Assembly (NCBI RefSeq): GCF_026210795.1
Contig: NC_089429.1
Coordinates: 248,001-312,000 of the forward strand
DNA from: Rhizophagus irregularis
Taxonomy: Eukaryota
DNA: 64,000 nucleotides
Direction: 5' to 3'
Both the position numbers and the translations under genes were made by a program. Of this stretch, positions 50,303 through 64,000 are shown piece by piece (within the stretch, counting starts at the first letter, position 1; every line of letters begins with the position of its first letter). Under the pieces are notes generated by a model. It had not been told where the DNA came from and ran no database searches. It worked only from the letters and a program-made list of their open reading frames with translations.

Positions 50303-50730
50303 ATGACTTCTGAGTTCGAAGAAAATGACATTGAAGAAACAGCTGAGAAAAAAGCTGAGAAAGAGGCTGAGTATGAGACTGAGGAAGAAGTTGCTGAGGA
50401 AAAGGCTGAGGAAGAGGCTGAGTCTGAAACTGAAGAAAATCAAGTTGATGATACTGAAACTGAGGAGCAGCAGATCGAAAAAAATATTGAGCGTGAAGTA
50501 GAACAAGAAGAAACTAATACGAAGAAACGTAGTTGGGTGTGGGGGAGCGCTTCACATATGATAAAACGCGAAGAAGGCAAAATGCAAAGCATTGCAAAAT
50601 TTTAATTACTTGCAATAAAGGAAGTACGTTGGAAATGGCTGGTCATATTAAAAGTAAACATAAATTAATAAAAGAAAAAGGAAAAAAACAACTTACAATA
50701 CGTGCATCTATTAATAATTCTGAAGTAATT
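50303..50730 (+). pseudogene. N-terminal fragment of a BED-finger (hAT-type) transposase
   Basis: Acidic N-terminus, then KKRSWVW..RF...KHCK...KGSTLEMAGHIKSKH across frameshifts. Ends at a GTAAGT donor; the downstream part is not recognisable after the MITE insertion. Confidence 0.7.
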
Positions 50731-50831
50731 GTAAGTATAATGTTCATTTCTTTTTATTCAGTTTATAGGTTATAATTTTGTGCATTAAATATGAATATTT
50801 TAATTTTTAATTTATAAACTCATATATTTTA

Positions 50832-51391
50832 GGGATGTGCCAGAAATCAGCTGATTTGAAAAGGGGTGGGGAGTCAAGCTTTAGATCAGGTTTATATATA
50901 TCACGTGACATTTATATATAAATGGAAGTAATTTAATTATTTTTATATAATTATTATAATGCAAATTATCTTGACTTCTAGTGATCCAATTTTAATAAAC
51001 TTTTTTTTAATTTATAGTTCTCATTTAGCAAATCTAGCTTTACAAAACAAAAAAAAGTGTGTTCAAATTGAATCACTAGAAGCTAAGATATTTGTATTTA
51101 CATTATAATAATTATTATAATGCAATTATCTTGACTTTTAGTGATTCAATTTTAATAAACTTTTTTTTAATTTATAGTACTCATTTAGTTCTATAAATCT
51201 AGTTTTACAAAACAAAAAAAAGTTTGTTCAAATTGAATTACTAGAAGCCAAGATAATTATAAATACTAATTATTATATATAATATTTAATATTTAATAGT
51301 AATAATTTTTTTAGCCAATCAGATTTCAATCAGGTAGGGTGGGAAGTTAAGGCTACTAATTGAGAGAAATCAGCTGATTTCTGGCACACCC
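50832..51391. mobile_element. Kolobok-like MITE
   Basis: TIR GG(G/A)TGTGCCAGAAATCAGCTGATTT with TTTA/TTAA flanks. Two internal ~130-bp modules. Confidence 0.78.
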
Positions 51392-51578
51392 TTAAGTATC
51401 TTTTTCAAATTTTTATTTTTAGGTCAAACTTGTAGAAAGACAATTTTTAACGTACATTCTTTTCAGAATACAGATTATGTGATTGTGAAATTGTGAATTA
51501 CTATGACTGAACTTTGACATTTTATTTATAATTATTATTACATTAGATAGATACTAATATCAGTAATATGTATATATA

Positions 51579-52233
51579 CAGTTAACTTTTAATATAACGA
51601 AGTTGACATCTGGGCTGATCAGGCCTTTGTTATAGGAATATTCATTAATATGATGGAAAAATCTGGTATAATACAGAAAATTTTTGTATATTATGGTATA
51701 TTGTCGTTAAGGTTGCTTGCCGAAACTTAGGGGTTTAGACAAGATGGTATTTCGCCGAAAAGCGAAATTCTGCTGAAACTATATTAAAGTTATATTAAAA
51801 AACTGGCGAAACTTTGGAGAAAGGTGAAACTGCCAAAACTTATTATAAATGCCGAAACTACTGAAACTCTGCTGAAACTATAATAAATCTATAGTAAAAT
51901 TTTGATGAAACCAATCGTAGGATTTTGAAGAGGTTTAGACAAGCAACTTTAATTGTCGTATAATAATTGTATCTTATAATACAAAAACGCAAGTTACACA
52001 AAATGTCTTTATTATATTAAAAAAAATTTTGTTATAAAAGAAAATTCGTTATTAAAAGGGGCATTTTTCATATACGGTTTATAAAATTTACTTTGTTAAA
52101 TGGTATACAGCATTTAATTAGTAAAATTTGGTATAATGAGATTTTTTTCATATGTTAAAATCTGTACCATACTGAAAATCTGTTATATTGTAAAATTCGT
52201 TATATCAAAATTCGTTATAAGAAGAGTTGATTG
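51579..52233. mobile_element. Tc1/mariner-type MITE with a nested insertion
   Basis: TA|CAGTTAACTTTTAATATAACGAA ... TTCGTTATAAGAAGAGTTGATTG|TA. Confidence 0.65.
51708..51951. mobile_element. Nested hAT-type MITE
   Basis: TAAGGTTGCTTG / CAAGCAACTTTA with a perfect 8-bp TSD ATTGTCGT. Confidence 0.8.
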
Positions 52234-52841
52234 TATTTAGGTGTTTAATAGATTTAAATTGAAACTAATATTTAATAAATATATATATAATATTGAAACT
52301 AAGTTCAGAAATAAATCGGTCATCTTAGACCATAATTCAGCTTAAAATTTTGTGTCAAATATATTACTAATATTGGTTGAATAAAGTACGAATAATGGCC
52401 AAATAATTAGTGATTTAACGAATAGTTTATTTCCAAATTTTTGCTGATAATAACAAAATTTTGCCAATTGGTGATTGCCAAGTAACAGGTAAACTGTACA
52501 AATTATCTATAATAATTTTAACGATTTTTTGGCAATGATCAGCCAAAATTATACCAACTATTGTCCAACATTCGTCAATTTAAAATTTAGATGAAATGTA
52601 CTATTCTGACCAGTATAATATAAATACTTTTTTATAAGCAAATTACTTTTATAATTGAGAATTTTGCAAAATTTCCTCTGAAAATCACTAATAAATTGAC
52701 TCTTTCCTACATAATTATTCAGAAAAATTCCAAGTCAAATTTTTGGAAATCGATTTCTTTAGGAAGTAATACACGAGGATCACACTAATTTGAAAATAGT
52801 GATAATAACAGATTTAACTATAGCAATAGAATAATTCATAT

Positions 52842-53753
52842 GGGCTGATTTGTTTACAAAGAGTTATTGATTGATTTTCACAATTTTTGTTACTCAAAAT
52901 TATTTTGTAAAACCAAAAAATCATCTGATTGATAATCACTTGACTAAATAATAAGTTGAACAAAAATTTACATTTGCGAAACTTAAATTATTAAATGTAA
53001 AAGAACTGTGAAAAAACCCATTTCACTAATAAAAAACCCATTTCTTATATATATGGCATTTTAAACATATATTATTAAAAAGTAAGTATATTTTAATAAA
53101 ATATAAAGTAAAATAAAAATTTATATAGCCTTAGTAGCTATAAATGCTTATAAAAGTATAATAAAAATATCATATAAAAGATGGTATGATAATAGATATT
53201 TTCAAACAATAAAAATAATTATTTTATGTCAGAGTTTGTATTATCATCTTTAAACGCAAATATATCAAGATTCACTGATCCATTTTCTATAATTTTAGGC
53301 TCGTTGGAAAGCCCTTGTTCTGGACTTTATAGGTGAAAAAAGAGCTCGCCAATTGAATCATTAGATCTGAAGATATTTACGTTTAAAGTTAAGGTACAAA
53401 CTTTTTAACATACCTAAATGCAAATATCTTGAGATCTACTGATCTATTTTGTATAAATTTAGGCTCTTTGGAAAGCCCTTGATCTGGTATATATGAACAA
53501 AAAAAGAGCTTGCCGATTGGATCACTGGATCTGAAGATATTTACATTTTAAGTTGAGATATAAATTTTTAACATATATAGTAAGTGCTAAAAATTATATT
53601 AATTTAAAAGAAATATTTACCAAATTATAGTATAATAACATTAAATAAAAATTTTTTAATACTCATTCCCAATTTACTGTATATTATATAGTATTTTGTA
53701 TAATAAAAATGTAATAAAATTAATATTTTAATTAAAGGTAGACAAATCAGCCT
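52842..53753. mobile_element. Sola-like MITE, uninterrupted copy
   Basis: ATAT|GGGCTGATTTGTTTAC ... GTAGACAAATCAGCCT|ATAT. Homologous to 34721-35647. Confidence 0.85.
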
Positions 53754-54851
53754 ATATGTAGATATTTTTCAACTTTCAAATAGATTCCAATTGAATACAA
53801 TTTAAGAAAATTTATTAAAACTCTAATAAATACTAAAGTAATAGCATGTTAAAAACTAATAGATATAAAATACCAATAGCCTGAAATATAACTTGAAATC
53901 TGATTTATAGATATAAAGAGTTAATTATACCTTAATTAAAAAATATTGGCATTTAATATTTATTGTTAAATTATTTGCTAAACTTTTTCACGTAAGTATC
54001 ACTCTAATCTAATGTAAATTAAACATATACAAAGATTTTATTTATCTCAGATGCAATGCTAATAAAAAAGAAAACAGATATCACTTTATTGAATATGATG
54101 CCAATAAGGATCTATGGCCTATAATTAAAAGCAGAATACAAGATGGCTTAGTTCCTATAATTCAAAAATTGAGTAAATACAGTTAAAGTTATAAGAGAGA
54201 AATTAAATCAGTACTAGAATTACAATATAATGATAACAAGTTTATTGATTTTTGCTTATCATTAGCTTTGAAAGCCAAGATTAGTACTAAATTATCCACT
54301 ATATCAAAACAGACTTTTGGATTTCCAGAGTTAAAAATATTTATTCTTGGCCTTACTTCTGAATTCCTTTATTATAAAAAAAAAAAAAATTATTTGAAAG
54401 AAGCATTTTGATAAAAAAATTTTATTTAACTACTAATTATAATAATAAAGGCTGGAAGATTTTTTTATTAGCTATTACTTGCAATTATGTAAATAATTGA
54501 AAAAGTCTCTCAAACAATTGAATTTCTTGCTAGTTTATATAATACTATATTTATTGTAAGGAATAAGTAAATGCATTTGGATTTCAACTAAAATTTATAA
54601 AACTATAAGAAATATTCAAATCAGCCAATTTACTTAATAAAAACTTGCTTATATTTATTTATACTTAATACTTATTTAATTTTTAATGGCAAATACAATT
54701 TTTTTTCTATATTATTTTAATAGTTGAAAATACCAAATTTTCAAAATTATATTTTAAAATCTGCAACTTATAAATAGCTTGTCAACTACAAGTTTTGTTA
54801 AACCAAAAATTTTAATAAATAAATCTAAATTGAATTAACTTGAATCGGTAT

Positions 54852-55573
54852 AGGAGCCCGAGCAATACATATACAGGTAACAAGAAAGGTCAAAAATTTC
54901 ATAATAGCTCTACGGAAGGTTTTTATTAAGATAAATAAGCAAAGTCAACATGTGACTTCACAAAAAATAAGCAATCTAATCATATGACTTTATAATATTT
55001 TATTGGTCAGTCATGCAGATTTTGACGGACTGATATTTTTTGTTGATGGCTAAATAATTGATATTTTTCTTTTATTGGCTAAATATCAAATATATTTGCA
55101 GTTTAATTATACTTTTTATATACTCTTACTATAATAATAGCATGACTGACGCAATAATCTAGTTATTGGTTATGGTGGATAAAATATCGTGTCACCCCTT
55201 CGGGGTGGCCGATATTTTACCCCCCCTAACCAATAACTATTATATATTTTGCACAAAAATCATTTAATCAATTTTCTCGCATTTATGATTTCACAACAAA
55301 TGTTTCATTTTTTAAATAATATCATCTTAGGTAAAATATCCATTACAGTAATTTTATTACTATGTTAGGTGTTATATAGTGTATTATTAGATAATACAAA
55401 TTTACCCAAGAAATAAGCAATTGGAAATATATGACTTTTCAAAAATTCTACGAAAATAAGCAAATGAAAAAAATATCATTAATTTTACGCAAATTCAATC
55501 TCTAACTGTGGTTAAAACAGCATGTGACTAAGCAAATGATATTGTTATCTATACATATATTGCTCGGGGTCCT
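54852..55573. mobile_element. MITE with 8-bp TSD (superfamily unclear)
   Basis: AGGAGCCCGAGCAATA / TATTGCTCGGGGTCCT. Perfect TSD ATCGGTAT. Confidence 0.8.
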
Positions 55574-56256
55574 ATCGGTATCCAGAATGTGAAATTTAAA
55601 ATTTGGGTAAGTCTAAAATATCGAAATTTCAAGAACACGTGTTATTTTACTGATCAGTTCTAAAAATGGATAATAAAATTTAAAATTCTTTTAAACAGTT
55701 GTTTATTTAGCAATATGAAAAAATATAAGCTTTTTTTTTCCCGTCAATTTAAGATTACAAAGCTTATATAGGAGAACGAACGTTTGCTAGAATATAACGT
55801 GAGTATTATTTATTATCTTTAACTTAATCAAGAAATTATAAAATCGAAAACGTGTTTACAATCCGAGAAAAATTTAAATGGCTAGAGATACCCGCACGTA
55901 TGACTTCCCATTCAAGCAAACTGTTTAAGCGACAAAATGATTTTTTTATTTAGATAATTGTCATGAAAAATTTTTAAAATTTTTTATATTTGAAAGATAA
56001 AAATGTTTGCTGACGCGACATTTAATTACAAATAGTCAAATATGTATGTTTCGTATAGTAAACATTGCTCGTGACGATTTTGTGTCACCAATGTGATAAT
56101 TAACGGAATTTAATTATACTCTACTTTGTACGCCACTATTTCACGTTTTTGTTCAGTGAACTTTGTGAACTAGTGAACCCACTTGTTTTCTCTTTAACTT
56201 CCTAACATTATTTATCAAACGTATAAAAACGTGCCATAACAATTTTAAATTTAGAA

Positions 56257-58971
56257 ATGGATATCACAGCACCAAACATATCAACTGCTTCAACGTCCAC
56301 CTCGGATACTTCAAATGAAAATTTAAATAACGCGAGTACTCCACCTCCCAAATCACCAACCATAATTCCAACATCTTTACTTGCTACACCTCCTACACCA
56401 ATATCGAATATTTCGGAAGCTAGTTCACAAATTCCAAGGCCAAATTCCGGACCTATTTACTCGGCTGTTTACTCCGGTGTTCCAGTATACGAATTTCTTG
56501 TAAGAGATGTTGCTGTAATGAGGAGACGACCGGATTCATATTTAAATGCCACTCAAATATTAAAAGTTGCTGGTCTCGAAAAAGGAAAACGTACCAAAAT
56601 CATTGAAAAAGAAGTTTTAACCGGTGAACACGAAAAAGTTCAAGGAGGTTATGGAAAATATCAGGGTACTTGGTAAGTTTATTTGCATAGTTAATTCTAT
56701 ATATGTTGTCATGGCGATTTGTTGATTAAACTATAAAAGTAATATAATTAATTATATAATATTAAGTTTCTTGTCTCTTGACACGGTTTAAAATCATTTA
56801 TATAAATTATTATTATTAATTTATAGAGATTTTATAATAAATACTTCTAGTTCACTAATAAATTTTTTCATTTGCAATTTAACTGATTATAGGGTTCCTT
56901 TTGAAAGAGGAAAGGAACTTGCAGAACAATATGGTGTTCTTGAAATTTTACGTCCATTATTGGAATATCAGCCACCAAAACACGATGTACCATATTCATC
57001 TTCTCCATATACACCTACAAAAGAACAAGCGATGGCTGCTCTACGTCGAAGAAACGCGCAAAGTAATCAGAATAGTAATAGTAACATAGTAAACGGCATG
57101 CCAAATGGATCCGTCAATTTCGGTCATGAAGAAGCTACCGCACATTCGGAAGTTTCTGAACCAATACAAACTATAAGTGAAATTGAAGACGAAGAACGTC
57201 TTCGAAGTATATTGTTAGCTATTTATTGTAATGAGGATCCCAATTCGATCCCTGAACTCATAGTACAAGTTTGTTCGCCATCACCAGCAGATTACGATTT
57301 AGTTCTTGATGAAGGTGGACATACCTCTCTTCATTGGGCAGCTGCATTAGGTCGTTTACAAATTGTAGAATTATTATTATCAAAAGGTGCCAATTCACAA
57401 AAAGCTAATTATGATGGCGAATCAGTTTTGGTCCGTTCTGTTTTAACAACTGCAAATTATGAGGCACAAACATTTTCTAGTATAATTGAACTTCTCCGTG
57501 ACAATATACATATGACCGACAAAGACAATCGTTCTGTCTTTCATCATCTGGCATTGAGCGGGGCCGTCAAAGGTCATAGTGCTCCAGCAAAATATTATAT
57601 GGATTGTTTGTATGAGTGGATAACATCACATAACATCGATATCTCAACTGTATTAAATATTCAAGACTCTAATGGCGACACGGCTTTAAATCTTGCTACG
57701 AGGCTAAAACAAACTCACATGTGTCGGCAGTTACAAGAAATGGGTGCAAATCGTCAGATTGAAAACAAAGTAGGATTGCGACCCTCAGATTATAGCCCGA
57801 ATGCCACTGAGCAAATGGAAATCGACGAAATTCAAGAAGTGCGTTTACTACTTTTTTTTTCCTTTGATAAACGTATATTCTCATTTTTTTATATTCAATT
57901 CCTTTTGTTTAGAATGGACAACCTCAGTCTAATGAAACGATAATAGACGTCTTCACACAACCGGATACAATAACATATACTAATCCGCGTAAAAGAAACA
58001 GAGAAATCGTTGAAGGTAAACTCTAATTTTCGTCATTGAATATTACGAATATTATTTTAAGTAATTAACGCGTTATAAACTTTTATATTATCATTTACTA
58101 TTCCAAAGTCATCCACAAATTGGTTGAAGATGCAGAAAATGAATGGATAGAACAGATTAAAACAAAAGATGAGCAAATTAATAACACCCGAAACAAATAT
58201 AATCGAGATTCAAGACTACTTATGGAAGCACAGAGAACCATGCAATGGTATCGTTCACAAGAAAAGGAATATGAAGAAACTGAAACTAGAATCAAATTCC
58301 TTGAAACGGTGTTGCGTAGCGAGCGCGATGATGATCAAGAAGATTTTGGCCTAAGAAAGCGTCAGAAACTCTCACATTCGAATGGGAACGACTCTAATGA
58401 TAAATTATCTGTAGCATCAACTACTATTTCTTCTCCAATAACCCAATTGCCACCGATAGAAACAACAACGTCATCAGAACCAACGGTTACAGTGCAAACA
58501 ACAACGACAGCAAATAGTTCTTGTAATGATTCCGCAACAACTTCAACGATCCCGAACGCAGATTTACTTTCTACGGAGACTGCCTCAATAGAGCAAAATA
58601 AGCTCCCAGAAATTATAATCACACCACCAAATGATGCTGCTCCGCCACCGTTAGTTCAAACTCAACCGACTGCTCATACTACCGACGAAATGATTGATGG
58701 CGAAATAAGGAGCTTACAGGCACAAATCACCGCATATATACGTGATCAAGAGCTTCTCAAACAGGAAATTGAAGCTCTTGCTGCGAGCACTGACAGGTCT
58801 GAGATGCAGTATAAAGGCATCATTGCCTCGTGTTGCAAACTCGATATTGATAAAGTAGATGATTTTGTTGAAAGCATAATTAGTGCTATTGAAAACGATA
58901 GTAATGAACTCAACCGGGACCATATAGGAGCCTTTATGAATAAGGTTCGTGGCTCCGAAAGCCTAATTTAG
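56257..58971 (+). CDS. APSES (KilA-N) plus ankyrin-repeat G1/S transcription factor, Mbp1/Swi4/Res-like, 4 exons
   Basis: [13 protein letters not shown]...[20 protein letters not shown]...[21 protein letters not shown]; ankyrin motifs [12 protein letters not shown] and GDTALNLA; C-terminal coiled coils. Exons about 56257-56672, 56893-57838, 57913-58015 and 58109-58971. Confidence 0.93.
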
Positions 58972-59313
58972 GTTTTTTCTGTTTGACCCTCTTCGTTTTT
59001 TTGGATATTTAGTAAAGTTATTTACATAAGTAAATTTTTTAAATTTTTTTGTCCCAAATTTTTTTCTAATGCAACTATTACTTAACAAAAAGTAACAAAA
59101 AGTCGTGTGGCTTTATGCCCACATTCGTTTTTATTAAATAAATATGTAATTAAAAATTTTTTATAATCTAGTTATTCAAGTAAAGTTGCTTTTTTAAGCA
59201 AATATTTATCACTTTTTAAAGGATAAAATAATTAATCACAAAGGAAGCAATATGATTTTTATTAGGTTTAATACTATAATAGAATAAAGAATATTAAAGT
59301 AAAACTCGTTTTT

Positions 59314-60869
59314 TTATTGCTTTTGTGTTTCTGATAGTTTTGGGATTACACCTGACATTGCAGCTGGAATATTAGGATTTGGAGGTAGTAATGAAGCGAC
59401 AGTTTTACGAGATTGTTGAATCATAAGGGCACTAAAGAAAAAAAATTAATTAACAAAAGAGGGGGAATTAAAGAATATCATAATAAAATAAAATTTACTC
59501 CATGATAACTAGGGCTGCCATTGACTCGACAATTGGCACAGCACGTGGAACTACACATGGATCATGACGACCTCGAGCCGCAAGCACACCATCAACGCCA
59601 TTGTAAGTAGCAGTTTCTTGTTCTTGAGAAATAGTAGCAGGTGGTTTAAATGCAACTCTAAAATAAATATTTTCACCATTCGTAATACCACCCTGCGTAA
59701 TAAAATATGATAAATAAAGTGTTCCACCATAAATCAATAATATTTACATGATTACCTGAGTACCACCGGAGTTATTAGTTTTAGTACCTAGTCTATCATT
59801 TTTTAATACCCAAGGATCATTATGTTGATGTCCAAATAACGTAGTACCTTTGAATCCACTTCCAATTTCAAAACCTTTTGTAGCTGGAATAGAGAGCATT
59901 GCGTGTGCAAATTTTGCTTCCAACTTATCAAAACATGGTTCACCTAATCCGACGGGTACGTTACGAATGACACATGTAATTGTTCCTCCAACAGAATCTT
60001 TAGCTTCTTTAGCTTCATGAATACGCTATTAAGAGATAAACTAATATTAACTAAGGCTCATAAAGCTTTACATATAAATAATGTTTATAAGACAGACCTC
60101 CCGCATTTTATCTGATACTGTTTTATCGGGACATCGAACGGCATCTTTGTCTACTTCTTCTCTACGAATTGTATTTAAAAGTTCCCAAAAATCTTCAGGA
60201 AATAATCTTTCATCTTGCTCATTAATAAATGGCATTGCTATATTTGAGACTGAAGATACAAATGCAACAATCTCAACTCCATGAACAAGCTTTAAATACT
60301 TTTCAGCAATAGCTCCAGCAGCAACTCTCCCTATTTAAAACAACAAACATGTTAGCATGAATAAACCAGAGATGAAATCAGAAGTTTCACTAAATCATTT
60401 TGTCTTAACCTATTGTTTCTCGAGCAGATGCTCTGCCTCCTCCACTACTTGCTTTGATACTATATTTTTGTAAATATGTCCAATCAGCGTGACTTGGTCT
60501 AGGATATAAATCAGTTTCTGAATAATCATGAGGTCTTTGATCCTGATTTGGAACCAATAATCCAATTGGCGTACCTAACGTTATACCAGATTCTGTACCC
60601 GATTGTATTGCTACTTTATCTTTTTCATCCCTCTATATTCAAAAATACTTCTATTAGCTTAATTAATTAACAGCGAAATAATGCGAATTATTTTTACTCA
60701 CTGGAGTTGTCAAATTACTTTGACCTGGTCTCCTTCTATCAAGTTGTATTTGTATATCAGCTTCAACGAGAGATAACCCAGGTGGACATCCGTCGACAAT
60801 GCAACCTACGGATTTGCCGTGAGATTCTCCAAAGGTAGTAACTCGAAAAAGTGTACCGAATGTACTCAT
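59314..60869 (-). CDS. ARO2: Chorismate synthase (multi-exon)
   Basis: [67 protein letters not shown]. Confidence 0.96.
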
Positions 60870-61461
60870 TATGCAGAATATAGCATCGTATCCGATAACG
60901 ATAACTTAGATCTTATTTTACTATATATATAATAATATTTTTGTAATTGTGGCTTGTTGTCGTGATTAACATTGTTTACATTTGTGATAAATATTTGGTT
61001 TTTTTATTTATACAATGACACTAAATTAAAAAGATGAATCCTCGATTTGTATTGTACGATGTGATAAAGAAAAAAAATCCGATGATAAACTAATTTTATT
61101 AATTAATTAAACTATCAATTGACTAGTGCGCGTAAATTCGACATATATTATTGTAATGCAGATTTAATATTCGCTATCCGGTCCTACTTACTAATTACTA
61201 TACTATACTTATACTTCATACTTCGTATAAAGGTGCAGTGAAATTCTTTTATTTTTTTTATTTTGTTTAAAGTTTTCTCTTGAATCTTATCTTTATACCT
61301 TTTTTGTCATTATCTTGGTAAGAATAACTGTGTAAATTAATTTCAATTTTATCACGTGATTGAACCTGCCAATCAAAAAAAAATTAATAATAATCATATT
61401 TCATTATTTAAACGCGCCTTTCTTGGGAAATTTCATAAGAACAACTCTTTTACAAATTAAG

Positions 61462-62069
61462 ATGCCTAAAGCAGCTAAATCTATAACCGCTACTACAAAG
61501 CTAAATCGTAAAGCGACCACTAAACAAAAAGTGGATACCGCTAAGAAAGCTACTAGAAGATCCGCTAAGAAGGATTCCTCGGATCCTAAACGTAATCTTA
61601 CTGCGTATATGTTCTTCTCGATGGAGTATAGAGAAAAAGTGAGGCAAGACCATCCTAATGCTACTTTCGGTAAGTTCATTAAAATTTATTCTTCTTTGAT
61701 ATAGTGATGTATTTTATTCGTAATTTTACAGGTGAAATCGGTAAACTCCTTGGCAAAAAATGGAAGGATATGTCTGAAAAGGAGAAAATTGTAAGTGTAA
61801 TTTCATATAAAATGAATTATTTAAAACGAAATTATTCTCTGACGCGTCAATTAATCTATGCTTTGTAAATTAGCCTTATGTTAATAAAGCCGAAGAAGAT
61901 AAAAAACGGTATGAAAAAGAAAAAGCCGCAATTGGGGTAAGTTGTTGTAATGTTTGTTTGTAACATAGAAACATTATCTTACAATGACTATTAGGAAAGC
62001 AAAGCTGCAGCATCCGACCAGGATGCTGAAATGGACGATGAAAACGTTTCCGACAATGAAAGCGGGTGA
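61462..62069 (+). CDS. NHP6: HMG-box non-histone chromosomal protein (NHP6-like), 4 exons
   Basis: KKDSSDPKRNLTAYMFFSMEYREKVRQDHPNATFGEIGKLLGKKWKDMSEKEKIPYVNKAEEDKKRYEKEK after GT-AG splicing. Confidence 0.88.
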
Positions 62070-64000
62070 ATACCGGGTACGATAACACATGAACTTGTAA
62101 AAATTTGATTTCATTATAATATCACTAATATCACTATATCACTATATAGCCGTAATTTGTGATGCTTATAGAGACAGAATCTATATTATGACTTGTTGGT
62201 AAATATTGAAATATATAAATTTATACCTATGTACGATATTCTATAAATAATTGAGCTATAGACGCGTCACAATATTGTAAAAATCGAAAGTATAGTTAAA
62301 CTGATTTCTTTTAAATTTCATTGATTTGGATAAATATTTCATTTTTCTTTATGGACAAATATTTTATAAAAAAAAGCCTTGGTTGCAAAGCCACTAATCA
62401 ACTGCTAAGCCATTGTTGTCGCAGAAAATTTGTTGTTTACAAATCGGAAAGGGAAGGTAAATCATGACTTTTTAATTTTTACCGGAATTAAAATGGCTAA
62501 TCTAATAAACCTAAAAAAAGTGTTCTTTGTTTAAAAAAATGTTTTTGATGTTTACATTAAAAAAAAAAAAATTAGCAAATAAAAATTTCCATCTTTATAA
62601 TAATAATTTCCGATTTCCGAGTTCAATTCATATTGCTAATAAAATAAAATAATATTTATTGAGTAGCTTTACAATCAAATAATTTATTAGATAATAATTA
62701 TCTTGTAATAAAATAATTTGATAATATTACTTATTTTTACTTAATAATTTGAAAATAAATGTTTTGAATATGTGGGGTTATATTATTATTTATTATTATT
62801 AAATTCTTAAAAAAAAATGAAATTTTACTTAATTTTTAATGATTTTGCAAGTTTTACCCTAAAATGAAAAATATTTTATATTTTAATATTACTTTTTTTT
62901 GAATAATCTATTGATTTATATTCAAAAGTATATATTGTATAAATTTTAAGACCTTTAATTAATATTTTTATCTGAAGTGATTTGCTAATTATTTGCAAAA
63001 TATTAAGCTTTATAATAATTATTTTTTAAATATTTAAATATAAATTTGATTTGGTCAAAAATTGATGTATTTACCTGCTTTAATTACTATATAAATTACA
63101 ATTGATTTTTTAAAAAATAAAACTAATTAATTATAAAAAAATTTTGGAAATAAAAATAAAAAAAATGATAATTTTATAGGATAATTCAAATTATTTTAGA
63201 ATTTTAGTATAAATATAAATATTTATGTTAAAAAGTATAATTTTATATCAAAAAAATTAATTAACTTTAATATTGTATTAATTAAATAAACTAAAATAAG
63301 TACTTTTTAACTAATATTATAATATAAAAAGATTATCTATTATCTTATTAAATAAAATATCTAAACTTGAAAATTTTTAAAAAAGTTATTTTATATTATT
63401 TATAGAATAATAATCTGACAAAAACTTTATTTTTTAGAAGTTTATTATAATTTTATATTAATATTATTAATTTATATAAATTTAAACTGTAAATTTATTA
63501 TATATTCTAATATTTTATAAATTTTATACAAATTTTTATATAAAACTGCAATATAATTATTAAATTTATAAATAAATAATTATATTATTACTTAGTAATA
63601 AAAAAATTTACATATATTATATAATTATTAAAGTAGTAATTTGAAAAAAAACTTTCTTGTATTTATAAAGAAAAAAAATATTACCAAAAAGAAAATAATA
63701 ATAAAAATTTATAATATATATGATTAAAGGTAGGTTTCAATAAAAATGTCAATCTGGTTATCTAGTTAAATTACATGATTTATATTAGTAAAATTTATTT
63801 ATATTTTTTGTGAAATGGTATTGCTAAAAAGAAAATGATTTGCATACTATATGTAATCAAATAAATAATAGATTAAATGGATAATTAGATCTTATTTCTA
63901 TATATATAATAATTACATATATATATATATATAAAGATCAATCAAAAGAATCAAGCATATAATTGAAAAATTTTTGAATCCTATTAGAAGAAAACGTATT

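Noticed and set aside
53990..54560. Possible decayed coding remnant
   Set aside because: Some codon-like texture, but many stops and no motif I can recognise.
61462..62069. Mating-type (MATA-HMG) gene
   Set aside because: The box matches the non-sequence-specific NHP6/HMGB type (PKRxLxAYMFF...FGEIGKLLGxKWK).
62100..64000. Extremely AT-rich tail
   Set aside because: No supportable ORF, TIR or repeat structure.

Overview
AT-rich fungal genomic DNA. Short GT-AG introns, an APSES gene and a Plavaka transposase suggest a Glomeromycota/Rhizophagus-like organism (inference). About 1-55.6 kb is a transposon nest, followed by three host genes: an APSES/ankyrin MBF-SBF factor, chorismate synthase and an NHP6-like HMG protein. 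The main observation is a target-specific retrotransposon system. An ~8.2-kb non-LTR element (ORF1 RRM-like + Zn knuckle; ORF2 APE-RT-RNase H-Zn finger; no poly(A) tail) occurs 5 times, and a related non-coding ~1.26-kb element occurs once. All six are inserted at the 15-bp motif TGGTTTTTGAC(C/T)AGT, the terminal inverted repeat of a 293-bp palindromic CACTA-type MITE. Both MITE copies carry retroelements in both ends, all pointing outward. Each fully visible insertion duplicates the 15-mer, which regenerates the target and the transposon end and produces head-to-tail arrays. The locus at 39552-48347 still has CACTG/CACTA termini and a 3-bp TAG target duplication. A tRNA-headed SINE sits in the end of a different MITE family with the same geometry. 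The window also holds a three-gene Plavaka element (transposase, Myb/trihelix gene, unknown acidic protein), many hAT-, Tc1/mariner-, Kolobok- and Sola-like MITEs, and microexon-like arrays. Many single-base frameshifts look like assembly indels. All calls come from reading motifs by eye; no searches were run.
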